A stretch of 64,000 nucleotides of DNA from Fistulifera solaris. Lineage: Eukaryota. The notes below the pieces were generated by a model, which worked only from the letters and a program-made list of their open reading frames with translations, was not told the DNA's origin and made no database searches. Below, piece after piece: positions 1-12,347 of this stretch (position 1 is the first letter of the stretch; each line of letters starts with the position of its first letter). The stretch is taken from contig AP026141.1 of NCBI GenBank assembly GCA_030295235.1, positions 558,001-622,000 of the forward strand. Reading direction: 5' to 3'. A program made the translations under genes and the position numbers.

Positions 1-585
1 GGACTGGAAGTTGAATTGAGTCATTTTTTTCTTGCGATGGACGATTTTTTTAGGTTGGCGTTTGTTTCTGGGTACACTTTATCTGATACAGGAAAATGAG
101 CGGCTTACTCTATGACATTCGATCCAACGATAGTTTAATTAAACAGCAATCCAGCAAAATGTCAACTCATCGCTAACAACTTGTATGATAGCTTGTCAAG
201 ATTGATTTGGGCAGCATTGATTGTAGCGTATGGGAGCTGATTCGTTTCGGTAAATGAGATTGAAGCATTCCGGGACTGGAAGTTGAATTGAGTCACAGCG
301 CTAGAAAATATACTGGCGTACCCGTATTTTTTCTAGCACAGCGAGTCTATTAGGGAAATAGAGAGGAAAGGGCTAGTGATGTAAACTAAATCTAAAGCAA
401 TGAAGCAGAGAAAATTGCTTGTGTTGGATTGTCGAAAATGAATGGCAAATGAACTCTGTAACGTTGACCTGTTCGACGTCAACAGTAATGAAGAAGGAAA
501 GTGGAGTCAAAAATGAAAATCTATAGTTTTCTAACCGTCATGGACTAAGTCATTCGATCATGCAATGTCATGAATCATCTCACTT

Positions 586-1247
586 TTACAGTGTAAGTTC
601 CTTCGGGACCTTTAAATTCCACTGTCTTGGGTTTCTTTTTCTTGGCCGGCGGAGCAGCTTTCTTTTGCCCCAAAACGAAAACAAGCCCTTCTTTCCATTC
701 TCATCGACATTATCGTGTTGCGTTCGTTCCCGACTCATACGCACACGTCGGGCTTCGTTCACGGCGCGCGACAAGTCTCTTTGGTAAAGCCGGCATTCAA
801 CAAAATGTATTCACGCACATCCCCACTCAGCATGCCGCGGGATGTCGTTCCGCGATGCTTGGTTTCAAACTCATCGACTGCTACTGCGAGTTCTTTGTGA
901 GATTGCCAGGCAATGGTCACGGGTGGACCCAACAGAGGACACGGATTGTCCCCCAATTCGTACGTGTGGCAGTACACGTGGACCGTCGACCATTGTACGG
1001 TGATTGTGCTTTTGTTGATGGAGGCGTATTGACATTTTAACGATTCTTCTTGACTTGTTCGTTTGAGACAGCCTCGAAAGGATGCAGAAGAACATAAAGA
1101 ACTGGATCGAGAGGAATCCCAGGATTCTGGAACAGTAGTAATGGATTCATCGGAGAAACTTTCTTGTTTGTGTCGTACGTAGACGGTCGCTTTCTGCGGA
1201 GCGAAATCTGTGCTCGCAGATAATTCGTTAATCGTGGAAGTTGTCAT
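586..1247 (-). CDS. Uncharacterised protein of a diatom-type 'GDNP...GPP.T..W' family; one frameshift near 777
   Basis: ORF 759..1247 (VQWSTVHVY..ELGDNPCPLLGPPVTIAW...YILLNAGFTKE) continues in ORF 586..774 (LSRAVNEARRVRMSR) if one base is restored near 777. Confidence 0.55.
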
Positions 1248-2040
1248 GTTGCAGCTGAAAGATCAAATAATATGGATGCAGTGATAAAATAATAAATGGG
1301 TGTGAAAGTGCAGAATAAAGAAATATTGTGTGAGCCGCAATAATCACGACGACATGGATGAGAATTTTTGAAGTGTCTTGAAAAAGTCGACGTGGTGGAT
1401 CGGAGCAGTTTGCATTTGTATACGCTTTTATGTACCGAAGGATCCAAAATCCAAACTACCCGAACCATGTGCCACGTAATTGATTGTGTAGCTCAAACAG
1501 TACTAGTTGGTCGTGGCGTTCCTCCACGTATGTTCTTTCCGTAATAGGAGGAAAGTGACGTCAGATTTTCTTGTTGCAAAGAGTACAAGAGAAACAGAAG
1601 CAAGGAAATCACAGGACATCCAACATTCAAAACGCCATTTGATTGGCTGATATCTGGAATCAGGCGTCAACTACGACGTAGTTTCTGGATATCATTGCTT
1701 CACTTGCCGCGAAGGGCGAAGGCGCGATGCGAGAAAGTCAATAGTAAGTAATAAGCCACAAGCCACAAGCTAACAAACCGGCGAAAATCATTCATTTCAA
1801 TCAGCACGATGGTGATGAAAAGAGAAAATCAGGCTTTGCTTTCTGCTAACCGAAAAATGGGAGACGACGTACTTGGTAGACGCGAAATAAATCTCGAACT
1901 GAGTCTTGGTGTGTTAGCTATTACGGGGACTAGCAATCACTAGCGAACACTATTAAAATGCTGCTAAGCAACAACTTTCATGGATGTTGCGTTTTCTTTA
2001 ATTTTATATTTCAATCACCATGCGTAAGCTGTTATCATCG

Positions 2041-3016
2041 TTAATAGTCGCTCAAAACCAAATCATCCAAGCCACTCGGATCCGTTCCTTCTAATTGCGA
2101 CAGCACAAGTTGGACACAAATGCCTGTCAGTATCCCTAGTTTTTGTTTGTGAGGTACCGAGGGAATCCATACCCATAGTAGCATCAGTAAACCCACAAAG
2201 AACCCCATGCAAAATCCCCAAACAAAATCACGATCCGTCCCTACGGAAACGCTCATCCCGCCCCTCCATTCGGGAGCATCCGCTCGATGCGATCCCGTCC
2301 ATTGCATCGTTTCCCCCCATATTTAAGCGAAATTCCGAAGTTGGTCCCTGTGACTGCATCCAAGCCTCCTCTTGCAGCAGCCTTCGCTGAACGAGATCCG
2401 TTTCACCCCGTGCCGCCTCTTCCGCTGCCGCAGGATTGTCTCGAATCCAGCGGTCCACCGATCGACTAAAGTACGCCCGTATGGTTGCCACTTCGGAACG
2501 ACGAAACCCCACCGAATCTCGAAGTCGATCAAAGCCCAAACGGTGTCGTCCTCCTCTTTGTCCTAACTCCAGTCGTTCACTCTCCTCGTCTTCCTCGTCC
2601 TCATTCCTACGCCGGACCGCCCGCCCCGTCGCATCAATCCCGGAACCCCGCAACGCATTTGACGCACACGGCGAAGCCGCGGCCGCTTGTGCCCCCGATT
2701 TGTTCGAAACAACGGCATGTATGACGTGATCGTTCTGAATGTGAAAGTCCTGCAACAATGCTGTATCGGGTGCCAACAGCCGACCCGCCGCAATGAGGCG
2801 AATGTACGGCTCGGGTTTCGTCGGTGTTTCGAGTGCGGACAAGACGGCTTTCTTGACTGTAGCAATCGTATCTTCGACAGAGACATGAACTTCCACATCT
2901 TTTAACGATTTGATGCGCAATCGGATCGAGCGTTTCTGTTTCTCAATGTCATCCTCTTCGAGATCACTCGAATGATTCAGAGGATCGCGTCGCCGTAAGG
3001 TCTGAAAGAACGCCAT
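2041..3016 (-). CDS. Ubiquitin-like domain membrane protein, DSC3/DUF2407-like; frameshift in a G-run near 2315
   Basis: N-terminal UBL (IRLIAAGRLL...IHAVVS), GFDRLR..GF.RSEVATIRAYF motif and EEAWM, then two C-terminal TM segments (DFVWGFCMGFFVG; GILTGICVQ) in ORF 2041..2307. Confidence 0.7.
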
Positions 3017-4235
3017 GACTCGAATATTTATACTGCGTTAGCTAAAGAGGAATGGACCTTTATTCATCCACAATCATCATAGGTTAATACCGACCACGCT
3101 GTTTCAGTCGTCCTTCTTGTATTTTCGAAGGTTGGTGTCATCGTATGATGAGCCAGCGCCGGCACAGTCCAGCCAAGAGACAAGATCGCCAACCGCTCAA
3201 CGTATCTACACAAATGTCGATAGTCGTTGCAGAACGAATTCCACAGATGGAGGGACATTTTACCACAATGGTCATTGGTGTAGTTTCGTTCCTAAAACGG
3301 ATGAAAGGCCAGACGTGCGTCAATCGTGTCAAAGATCTAAGATGAGTCCCACGCGAGCTAGGTGGGCATGGTACTCTTCAAATCGAATCGAAATGATGAT
3401 TGTAAGAGTTCCTGACACCATGCTGAAAGAAGGTGTTTGCCGTTGGTAGCCAATGAATGCAAGATGCCCTCAGGTCGAACTAGTCTATCTATAAAAATAC
3501 CGCGATGCGATGAACCCCATGTGCATGTACAAAGACCCGATCAATCACCGGCGTGCTATTTTTGCAGCTCAACAAACTCAGACCCATGGTTGCACAAGGG
3601 GCTTGCTAATTATTGCGTCCAGTGACTTTCCTCTCATCCATCGTCCAGCTTTTTAGCATTTGCTCCAAAGCTTTGATCCACGAGCAGTTTAGAAAAACAA
3701 ACTGGAAGCGACAACCAGCTACAAGTACCAAGATAATTGAGTTGAAAGTACCATTATTTATTCGACATGCCGTTGAAAGTTGAACTGGTAGTAATGGTTG
3801 ATCGGCGAAGAGTTGCAAGTTGAAATATTTGAAAAATAGCTTGTCGTCGTTCGCATTTCGCTGTTCGGGAATACGGTCATAATCACAGTCACGGTCAGGC
3901 ACCCGCTTTCAGTGTAGAATTTCAAGTAGGAGAATGAAAGCGCTTCAAGAATTCTCGAGGGAAGACCGATTAGGACTGTACAGTTTGATGGTGAGGGAAA
4001 TGACCCAGAGACAACGAAGAATAAAAGATGGTAGACGAAGAATACTCAATGGACTTGAATTCGAGTTTCGGCCACTTTTCCTTTGTCATCCGAACATTCC
4101 AAAAGAGAACCTCGACAACATATCCGAATCTTTTATAATGAAGCCGATTCAATGAAACAAAGTTTCACTCAATTATTGCCCTCACAAACTATACCCAGCA
4201 CCCAACGTGAATCATTCACCATTGCAAACGCCATC

Positions 4236-4730
4236 ATGGTACGCGAATTAGGCTACAACACTATCAGCGAAGTCCTCGACTCTTGGGAGGCCCTCCGAAG
4301 GATTGAGAATTACGAAGAGCAAGCCGGTTTACTTCTATTCCGTAGACTGTTTGACAAGTCACCTCGAGCCAAGCTTCTATTTGGTTTCCCTATTGATTTA
4401 GATGTTCATTCCGACACAATCAAGAACTCAAGACGCTTCAAGGCTCACGCTATGTACCTCATTCAAATGATAGACTCTTCGCTGAATATGTTGGGACCCG
4501 ACATTGAACTATTGACCGAAATTATGCATGCATTGGGAGAAAAGCACGCGCGATTCGGGGTTTTGGCAGAAATGTACTCCCAAATGGGAGACGCCTTGAT
4601 TGAAGCCATGACCGTATTGCTCGGCGAAGGCGTGATGAATGAAAAAGTCGTTGAAGCATGGCACGAAACATATGGTGCCTTGTCTGGCGATATGATTGAA
4701 GAACATATTAAATATGATCAAGGCGAATGA
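4236..4730 (+). CDS. Single-domain globin (neuroglobin-like)
   Basis: SW..L, LFRRLF..SP.AKLLF, distal His (FKAHA), proximal His (LGEKHARFGV), AW...YG; ATG at 4236. Confidence 0.85.
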   Translation: MVRELGYNTISEVLDSWEALRRIENYEEQAGLLLFRRLFDKSPRAKLLFGFPIDLDVHSDTIKNSRRFKAHAMYLIQMIDSSLNMLGPDIELLTEIMHALGEKHARFGVLAEMYSQMGDALIEAMTVLLGEGVMNEKVVEAWHETYGALSGDMIEEHIKYDQGE

Positions 4731-4911
4731 AAGTCAATGCACCCTAATGCAGGGGTATCATAAGAACCGAAGCATTCGAAAGGAATGCGCTTCAAGTTGT
4801 ACTAGTACCATCTTCATACTTTCATAATAACGATAAAGATAACATCATCGCTGTTTATTGTTAGATGCTGGAACTGCTTATTGATGGAATGTTTTCGGGG
4901 GCATTTTTTGT

Positions 4912-5895
4912 TTATAATTGACTCTGTGGGGGTCGACTGTGATACAATGCATTCGTTCCCCGCCCAAACCCCAGTTCCAATGTATACGGCTGCATCATGT
5001 GACTCAGTTGTGCCTCTTGGATGACCCGATTCATTTCTTGATAGACCGGTGATGACTGCCACCGTTCCTGACGACAATAGTCTTCGACACTCATCCACTG
5101 AATAGCGGCGATTTCGTCGGGACATGCCTCCAACACAATCTCCTTTTCAAGCAATTGCAGCACGCAAACAAAAAATAGATCCGAGTGGGTGCGATACACT
5201 CGTTTGGAGTTATCTTTCAGTTGTGTCGGATGCGCTTGACGAAATTGCAAAATGCCGCGACACGCTGCCGTCAGACCCGTTTCTTCCTTTAACTCGCGTT
5301 CCGCCGCAGCATGAATATCTTCTCCGGCATCCGTCAAACCGGTTGGCATTTTCCACAACGACCAAGCGGCCGCAGGACCCGTCTTTTCTTGCACTACTAA
5401 CATTTTTGAGGAATCGTCGGGATGAAAGACCAAACAACCGACTCCGACTTGATGCGTCGGTCCCGCTGGCAATCGACTGATCGCTGTCGGATCATCGAAC
5501 GATGGCAACCATGCCGATAAAATCAATGTATTTTGTTGGACCAAATGAAACCGAAACCCCGCCGCGACCGCCGAACCCACGTGAGCCGCGTGCGCCTCCG
5601 GAATTTGCAACCAAATGCCTTTGCGGCCTTCGTGTTTCCATTGTTGCAACGAATTTTGTAAGGCCGTGGCAAAATCGTTCATGGACTGATTCAATGAAAT
5701 GGTTACACCATTGTAATGATCGTATTCCAACCATTCTTCGGGAATGGTGGGAGCGCAGTGACTCGTCGTCGTTCGCAACGACGCCGCCAAACAAAGAAGA
5801 CCTGCCGCATTCTTTCTTTGCCGAGACGTCCACGCAGAAATTAGACGAGTGTTTGCAAACGACAACATCATCCAGAAAAGCAGTTTTCGATTCAT
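4912..5895 (-). CDS. Nudix hydrolase (NUDT6/plant NUDX8-like) with N-terminal targeting peptide
   Basis: Nudix box WKMPTGLTDAGEDIHAAAERELKEETGL; pre-Nudix motifs SLQQWK.EGRKGIWL, GFRFH, THQVGVG. Confidence 0.9.
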   Translation of the reverse strand: MNRKLLFWMMLSFANTRLISAWTSRQRKNAAGLLCLAASLRTTTSHCAPTIPEEWLEYDHYNGVTISLNQSMNDFATALQNSLQQWKHEGRKGIWLQIPEAHAAHVGSAVAAGFRFHLVQQNTLILSAWLPSFDDPTAISRLPAGPTHQVGVGCLVFHPDDSSKMLVVQEKTGPAAAWSLWKMPTGLTDAGEDIHAAAERELKEETGLTAACRGILQFRQAHPTQLKDNSKRVYRTHSDLFFVCVLQLLEKEIVLEACPDEIAAIQWMSVEDYCRQERWQSSPVYQEMNRVIQEAQLSHMMQPYTLELGFGRGTNALYHSRPPQSQL

Positions 5896-6378
5896 TTGCT
5901 TCTCATTATAGACGCATTTGTCATTGTTACGTTATTGCTTTGCTGACTGTTTCATTTTTTCGAAGGCGAATAAAAATAAGGGAAAAGGAAAAACGAGTAC
6001 CGCATTGAATATTACTTTTAAAATAAACTAACCGGTACGACCCGTCTGCTCTGTGTGGTCCTCCAGCACGCAGCGAGCACACTACTTGTAAACGGAAGAA
6101 AAAGTAAGCGACGTCCTCTTGTCCCCACTAAGGACGCAAAATTCATGCGTCCTTAGTCCCATCCTATGACACGAAGCTAAGAATTTACATGTTTTAGTTA
6201 AAGTGAGCCTTCACACTCTAGGACACAAATCAATAATATTTAATGATAATGCTAGAGAATGCTCCGATGGCGCACTAACATACAACTGCCTGGCTTTTTT
6301 ATAAATAGGTGAACCAGCTGTATTAGCGGGTCCACCCTCAATACACAACAAAGCTATGAAAACTTGGCTCTTCATTGC

Positions 6379-7260
6379 TTAGTAGTAGCTCATGCCGTTG
6401 GAATAGCCACTCCATTCACCACTGGTATCGACGACCAAGGGCTCCAATTGCGCCGTCAAGGGGAACTCCATCGTGGCCGTGTTGACAATACGAATCACGT
6501 TTCCACTGCCCGGTGTCTCGATAATCACGTAAAACGGACGTTCCAAGCCGTCTTCCGTGTATACTTCCATGACTTGCTTGTTGTTGTTGGGACCTTGCAA
6601 CAACTCGATGCGGGCATTGAGGGGACGTCCGTCCGTCTTTAAGAGGACAGCGACACTCTGCACCGAAGGATCGAAGGGGTACGTGTGCAGAGCACCACCC
6701 TGAATGGTTCTGGATTGCTCCAAACGAACGGCCGCGAGTGGTTCTCGACTGGGGTCCGCGACGACGTTGGCCGCCAAGGGGAACTCGAGCTGGCCCGTGT
6801 TGTAAATGGCGACAGCGTTGGGTCCTCGGGGAGTCTCAACGTAGGCACAGAACGGACGACGACTTCCGTCTTCAATGTAGACGGCCATCTTTTGGGGAGT
6901 GTTATCGGGACCGTTCCAGAGATCAATGTTCGCATGAAGCGGACGGCCTTCCGTGCGCATCAAAACTTGCACACGCTCGACGTTGGGGTTGTTGAATGAC
7001 CACGTTCGGAGCGAACTTCCCTGAACAATCACGGGTTGTGTCGATTCCCAGATATCACGAGCACGTTCGACATCTCCCGATCGAGGAGACGTGCGCTGCA
7101 TACCGCCGCTGACACCGCGGCCGACACCGACACCCGCGTTGGTTCCAGCGTACGTGTAAAGAGGAGACGCGCGGGTCGGATACGAAGAGGGCTGCACAAC
7201 GAATGCTCCTGTCGCGGGAAGGAAAGCGCAAAGCGCCAAAATGTTGCTGTAGAACTTCAT
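6379..7260 (-). CDS. Uncharacterised plastid/secretory-targeted protein with an internal two-fold repeat (paralog 1 of 3)
   Basis: Signal peptide ending ATGA|FVV; two homologous halves (QG..L.T..F...V.VL..T.GRPL.A.I.L..GP.N..Q....Y.EDG..RPF....ETP...N.....NT...EFPL.A). Confidence 0.85.
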   Translation of the reverse strand: MKFYSNILALCAFLPATGAFVVQPSSYPTRASPLYTYAGTNAGVGVGRGVSGGMQRTSPRSGDVERARDIWESTQPVIVQGSSLRTWSFNNPNVERVQVLMRTEGRPLHANIDLWNGPDNTPQKMAVYIEDGSRRPFCAYVETPRGPNAVAIYNTGQLEFPLAANVVADPSREPLAAVRLEQSRTIQGGALHTYPFDPSVQSVAVLLKTDGRPLNARIELLQGPNNNKQVMEVYTEDGLERPFYVIIETPGSGNVIRIVNTATMEFPLTAQLEPLVVDTSGEWSGYSNGMSYY

Positions 7261-8116
7261 CTTTTGTTAATAAGAACAGTATTAGAAAGACTTTCACTAC
7301 AATAGGAAAGGAATGTGCTTATTTGCAAAGCCAAACAAAAGAGGAGGAGGAAAAAGGAGAGGACGAGCTCTCTGTTCTTTGAAGTGCGTACCCACGAAAT
7401 TGGACAGGGTGTTGCGAGGGTGACGTGGTGTATTGTTGGCGTAGACGACCGTAGGTTTGGGTACGGAACGGTCCGGATAGAAACTGCAGTGAATACGTCA
7501 GCAGCCGAAGGGTGAGCGATAAGGGGTGAATTTCGTACCAATCATCCTGTTATGTTATCTGAATGTACGTCTGTCGCGTCAACTTGTCTCCACGATTCTC
7601 ACTATCGATTTCACCCCTCCTGTCGGTAAAATCTGCATCGAACACGTCATGCTCGGCATCGCCGACATCATTGTAGGAAAAAGTGTAGTCAAAGAATCTT
7701 GACACTTCCGACATCGACTTCAACGAACCATTAGGAAACACAGCTGCGGGGATACTGACTTCTTTACTGTAACTAAAAGAGTACGCAGTAGCAGATGTTC
7801 CGTTGTTCTTCTTGATTTCCGTCGAACGCACTCGACGATTTTGGCACCGAGGATGACGTTGATGCGGTCATCTCTGGGTCTTTCTAGGGCATAGTGAAAA
7901 GCGTGGTCGAGACACGGATGGACACCATATGTTTCTAGTAACACTGCGACCGGCTTTTTATCGTCCACCGCAGCAACAGCACATCAAACATCAACAACAA
8001 CAAACAAATAAATATGTAGTATTCCATCCAATGAAAGGGATATGTAACGATCTATTTATCTACGCAAATATTCAACTCGCTAAATTAATAATCGATAAGA
8101 CGCATTCAAGAATACA

Positions 8117-9769
8117 ATGTCACGGCATCGCAATGTAAAGCACATGGTCGACGATTACTACGACGAAGAAGACGATGATTATTATTACGATGACAATTAT
8201 GATGATTACGACGACTCGTATGTGGCTCCGAAAGCCAAGCCAAAAGCAATGAACACGCCAATAAATAATAAACAAGTCGCGAAGCCGCAACAACCAAACA
8301 AGCCGATCATCAAGCCACCACAAGTTACGACTAAACCAAAATCCGAACCCCAGTCTCTAACAGCTACGTCTCCATCATTTACTGTTCATTCAACTTCGAC
8401 AAATTCCCACACATCTGCACCATCACCCCCGGTACCCGAAATTTTGATTCGCGAACAGAATTCTCACAATACACCCCTTACGGTCGTCATTTTGGGACAT
8501 GTCGATGCTGGCAAATCATCCGTCACGGGCCATTTACTCTATCACCATCCTTCCAATAACATTAAGCGAAACAATAACAAACAAACGCCACAATACGCTT
8601 GGCTCCTCGATGAAGATGAAGAAGAACGAGCGCATGGAGTGACGATGGACATTGCCACCAAGTCATTGCGGACCGCGTCGGGGCGATTGCTCGTGTTGCA
8701 GGATGCCCCAGGACATGCGGATTACGTCCCGGCCGCCATTACCGGGACGGCACTCGCCGATGCTGCTCTTTTGACGGTGGATGTCACCGACTTTGCCACG
8801 GCGTTTCAGGCCGGTCAATTGCGGGAACATGCGTTATTGGCGCGGGGGTTGGGAGTGTCCAGTCTGTTACTTGTTTTGAATAAAATGGATTTGATCGATT
8901 GGCGGCAAGATATTTTTGTGGATGTTCAACAGCAGCTGGTGGAGTTTTTGATTTCACCGCAATGTGGATTTGCGGCCTCGAAAGTACGATGTGTTCCGGT
9001 ATCGGCGGTGAATGGAGAGAACATATACACGCCAATGAAAGATAGCTGGTATACCGGACCAACGCTGTGGGAGGCGCTCGATCGGTTTGATTCCACACCA
9101 CAATATCGCAAATTACTGGAAAAGCCTTCCCGATTGCTTATTTCGGATGTTGTGGCGAGCACGGGAAGCGGAGTGTCGGTGCGGGCCAAAGTACTACAAG
9201 GATGGGTACAAACCAATGAAACTGTTGTGGTGTGGCCGTATGGCGATGAGACCAAATTGACAAAACTTCAGCGCTTCGATGTGGAGAGTATTGACAAGGA
9301 GCGATCTCAATACGCATCCGCCGGTGAATTAATTGACGCAGTATTAACGGGTGTTGATGCCATGCGGATATCTCCGGGTCAAATACTGACAAGGCCCAAC
9401 CAACGCCCTCCTCTGGCGAAAAAATGCCAAGCAACTATCATTGTGCTATCCAAACAGCAAAACAATAACGTTATTATTCGAGGTGCTCAAGTTACCTTTC
9501 ACATGCATTCACTGGACATTCCCTGCCACATTTCCAAATTGCATTGCACCTTCAAACCCGGTGGGAGTGTCCTGCACGAATATCCACGGGCCCTGGCAGC
9601 CCACGGAACCTCGAACGTCATTGCCTTGGTGGGATTGACACTCCAAGTACCCATTTGCATGCAAACATTTGCCGATTGTCGACCTTTGGGTCGGTTTGTC
9701 TTACGTCGCGCCGGTGATACGATCGCGGTGGGGCGGATCGAGATGGTGTTGGAAGATTCTAGAGACTAG
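8117..9769 (+). CDS. HBS1: HBS1-like translational GTPase
   Basis: MSRHRNV start with D/Y-rich tract; G-motifs GHVDAGKSS, DAPGH, NKMD, SA; C-terminal LGRFVLRRAGDTIAVG. Confidence 0.85.
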   Translation: MSRHRNVKHMVDDYYDEEDDDYYYDDNYDDYDDSYVAPKAKPKAMNTPINNKQVAKPQQPNKPIIKPPQVTTKPKSEPQSLTATSPSFTVHSTSTNSHTSAPSPPVPEILIREQNSHNTPLTVVILGHVDAGKSSVTGHLLYHHPSNNIKRNNNKQTPQYAWLLDEDEEERAHGVTMDIATKSLRTASGRLLVLQDAPGHADYVPAAITGTALADAALLTVDVTDFATAFQAGQLREHALLARGLGVSSLLLVLNKMDLIDWRQDIFVDVQQQLVEFLISPQCGFAASKVRCVPVSAVNGENIYTPMKDSWYTGPTLWEALDRFDSTPQYRKLLEKPSRLLISDVVASTGSGVSVRAKVLQGWVQTNETVVVWPYGDETKLTKLQRFDVESIDKERSQYASAGELIDAVLTGVDAMRISPGQILTRPNQRPPLAKKCQATIIVLSKQQNNNVIIRGAQVTFHMHSLDIPCHISKLHCTFKPGGSVLHEYPRALAAHGTSNVIALVGLTLQVPICMQTFADCRPLGRFVLRRAGDTIAVGRIEMVLEDSRD

Positions 9770-10334
9770 CTATAGATAGAATGCTGTTCTGAACAAGACC
9801 TTGCCGCTTCTTCATTTTTTTGGTAGTCTAGTCGACGAGCTTAACCGGTTAGTCAAAATACTAATCTAAGCAGTCGCTCCGACCTTAAATAATCACAAAT
9901 AATGGAGTCGCCTAATACGTACTTATGGCTTATGGTGTCCTCGGAATGGCCACCTAAATCTAACGAATACGTTGGCCACACTATCGAAACAGTTGAGATG
10001 CTTTCCGTTCGCGTATTCCGCATTGCTCGGCTCTGTATTTATTGGTTCTCGTTGATGCTCATTGGTTCATTCACGGGTTTGGGACTATAGTTTAAATTGT
10101 ACTGAAAAGACCTTGCTTCTTATGGACCCCGACAAAATGCCGACACATGCCAACAAAGATTTTTTTGCAGAATGCGCGATAGGAGGCGGGAGAAAATGGG
10201 CTCACGCGCCTCATTCATGTGCGAGTTGCCGTCAAAATACTTCTCATTCATGGCCTCTCATCTTTGTTACTAACTACATTTATTCCAATTAGCGTCTTTC
10301 TCGTTGCCGATATTACGACAAACATCTTGCGAAA

Positions 10335-10898
10335 ATGGAACCACCGAAACGAATATCACTGAATTCTTCGGTCGCGTGGCTCGAAGAGGACTCGTCTTTG
10401 TCCATGGACGATCATTGGGGCGATTTCCTAGGCAATGAATCATCACACGAGGGGCAACAAACGGCTTCTTTCTTGACTTTTTCGTCGATGGAAGCTTCGC
10501 GTGCCGACGTGAGCGATGACGAGGATGGAGCTTTCTACAGTGCCGATGATGATGACAGCATCCCAAGCTGGCAAGAGGGCGTACTTCATCACAACACTAA
10601 CATCGGTCAGATCGCCGATCCGTCACAAACAATGTTGCCGGATGCGAGTGCCTCATGGGAAGAATGTCGAAGGAAGCTGGCATTGTCAATGGAACGATCC
10701 AAGACTACTCGATTTTGGATTGAATCGAACATTATTCAATATTGCAACCCAACGACGAAAGAGGCTTTACTCAAAACACTACAATCTACTGCGCTTATGG
10801 AATCTATTTTACAGCAAACGCCAGAACAAAGTCCTTGGTTCATCGTCGAAGACGAACCGAGTCCGATGGCACAGAGGATCGTACACCAAACGGATTGA
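10335..10898 (+). CDS. Hypothetical protein (acidic N-terminus)
   Basis: 187-aa ATG ORF with coding-like composition (KLALSMERSKTTR); no family recognised. Confidence 0.5.
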   Translation: MEPPKRISLNSSVAWLEEDSSLSMDDHWGDFLGNESSHEGQQTASFLTFSSMEASRADVSDDEDGAFYSADDDDSIPSWQEGVLHHNTNIGQIADPSQTMLPDASASWEECRRKLALSMERSKTTRFWIESNIIQYCNPTTKEALLKTLQSTALMESILQQTPEQSPWFIVEDEPSPMAQRIVHQTD

Positions 10899-11492
10899 CT
10901 AGAAGGCGACGAATAAGTCATGCTTTTAAATTTTGTTTCAAGAGATGAACTATTCTTCACCACTCATCATTCACTCGTCGTGGAGCAATAAAGTCGTACT
11001 TTGGGCACCTCGAATCCACTGCATCGTTTCGAGTATCAGCTCTTCTTCGTCTTTTTTTCGGAAACCTAACCGGTTACAGGTAACAGGAGTATAGAGTGCA
11101 CTCATCTCGTAAGCACTGATTGAAACTTTTACAGAATGTGAGTCTTCCTCGTTTATTGCCTCATTCATCAAAGGTTCGTCGTCTACATTCCTCCCCTCTA
11201 GCGAGATCCAAATAGTGAGGCGCATTTTTTGGCGCGAACACGAACGGTCGGCCATTTGGCGTTCGGTACACAAAATGTGAGAGTGACTTCCGAGGTGACG
11301 TGTCCAGATTTTCGCGAACTCTTTTTTCAAGAAAGCTGTTTGTTCCAAAAGATCCATGCGACGAAGACACGAGAGAAAATAATCTATATCGTCCTTTTCT
11401 CATTCTTCCCCATTGCAACCCTTTACCTAGAAAAAGGGTGTATTTTGATACGTAGAGTACATTCAATTCGTCTTGAACGAATAAAAAGAGCC

Positions 11493-12347
11493 ATGAAGAT
11501 CTCTGTCTTGTTCCTCTTCGTCGTTCTTTCGCCGGCGACAGCTTTCCTTTCACCTCGTGCGTCGCCCCGCGTCTCAGTCGCGCAGTTCGCTTATTCCGGA
11601 ACGAACAGTAGGGTGAATGTAGCGACGTCAACCAACAATCCTCCTCCGACTGTTGCAAAACGACCCGAAGCGCGTCGTGCGAAAGAACTTTGGGAATCGA
11701 CCGTTCCAGTCATTATTCACGGAAGTTCGCTCCGAACGTGGTCATTTGCCAATCCCAACGTTGCACGCGTTCAAATCCTGCTGCGGACCGAAGGACGCCC
11801 GATGCATGCCAATATTGACCTTTGGCACGGACCCGACAATACACCGCAAAAAGTTGCCCTCTACATTGAAGACGGTGCCTTACGGCCGTTTCATGCCTAC
11901 GTGGAAACACCACGCAGTCCGAATGCGGTCGCTGTCTACAACACGGGGCAACTGGAATTTCCGTTAGCGGCCGTGGTGGAAGCCGATATCTTGACGGAAC
12001 CGTTGCCGAATCTAGTAATTGGCAATAGTCCACGAGTCATTCAAGGCGGTGCCTTGCACACGTATCCCTTCGATCCTACCGTTCAAAGTGTTGCTGTTTT
12101 ATTAAAGACGGACGGTCGACCGTTGAATGCCCGCATCGAACTGTTGCAGGGTCCCAACAACAACAAACAAGTCATGGAAGTTTATTCGGAAGATGGACTC
12201 GAACGACCATTCTATGTCGTTTTGGAAACACCGGGCAGTGGCAATGTGATTCGTATTGTCAACACGGCCACGATGGAGTTTCCATTAACGGCCTATTTGG
12301 AACCTGTGGTGGTGGATTCGACGTATCCGCCGGGAAGGTTTTGGTGA
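11493..12347 (+). CDS. Uncharacterised two-repeat protein (paralog 2 of 3)
   Basis: ATG 11493, signal peptide ending PATA|FLS; long near-identical blocks with 6379..7260 (LLKTDGRPLNARIELLQGPNNNKQVMEVY). Confidence 0.85.
   Translation: MKISVLFLFVVLSPATAFLSPRASPRVSVAQFAYSGTNSRVNVATSTNNPPPTVAKRPEARRAKELWESTVPVIIHGSSLRTWSFANPNVARVQILLRTEGRPMHANIDLWHGPDNTPQKVALYIEDGALRPFHAYVETPRSPNAVAVYNTGQLEFPLAAVVEADILTEPLPNLVIGNSPRVIQGGALHTYPFDPTVQSVAVLLKTDGRPLNARIELLQGPNNNKQVMEVYSEDGLERPFYVVLETPGSGNVIRIVNTATMEFPLTAYLEPVVVDSTYPPGRFW

Noticed and set aside
3064..4155. Short ORFs between the UBL gene and the globin
   Set aside because: No recognisable motifs or consistent exon structure.
10971..11658. Minus-strand ORFs of 128 and 165 aa
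   Set aside because: No family features; they largely overlap the promoter and 5' end of paralog 2.
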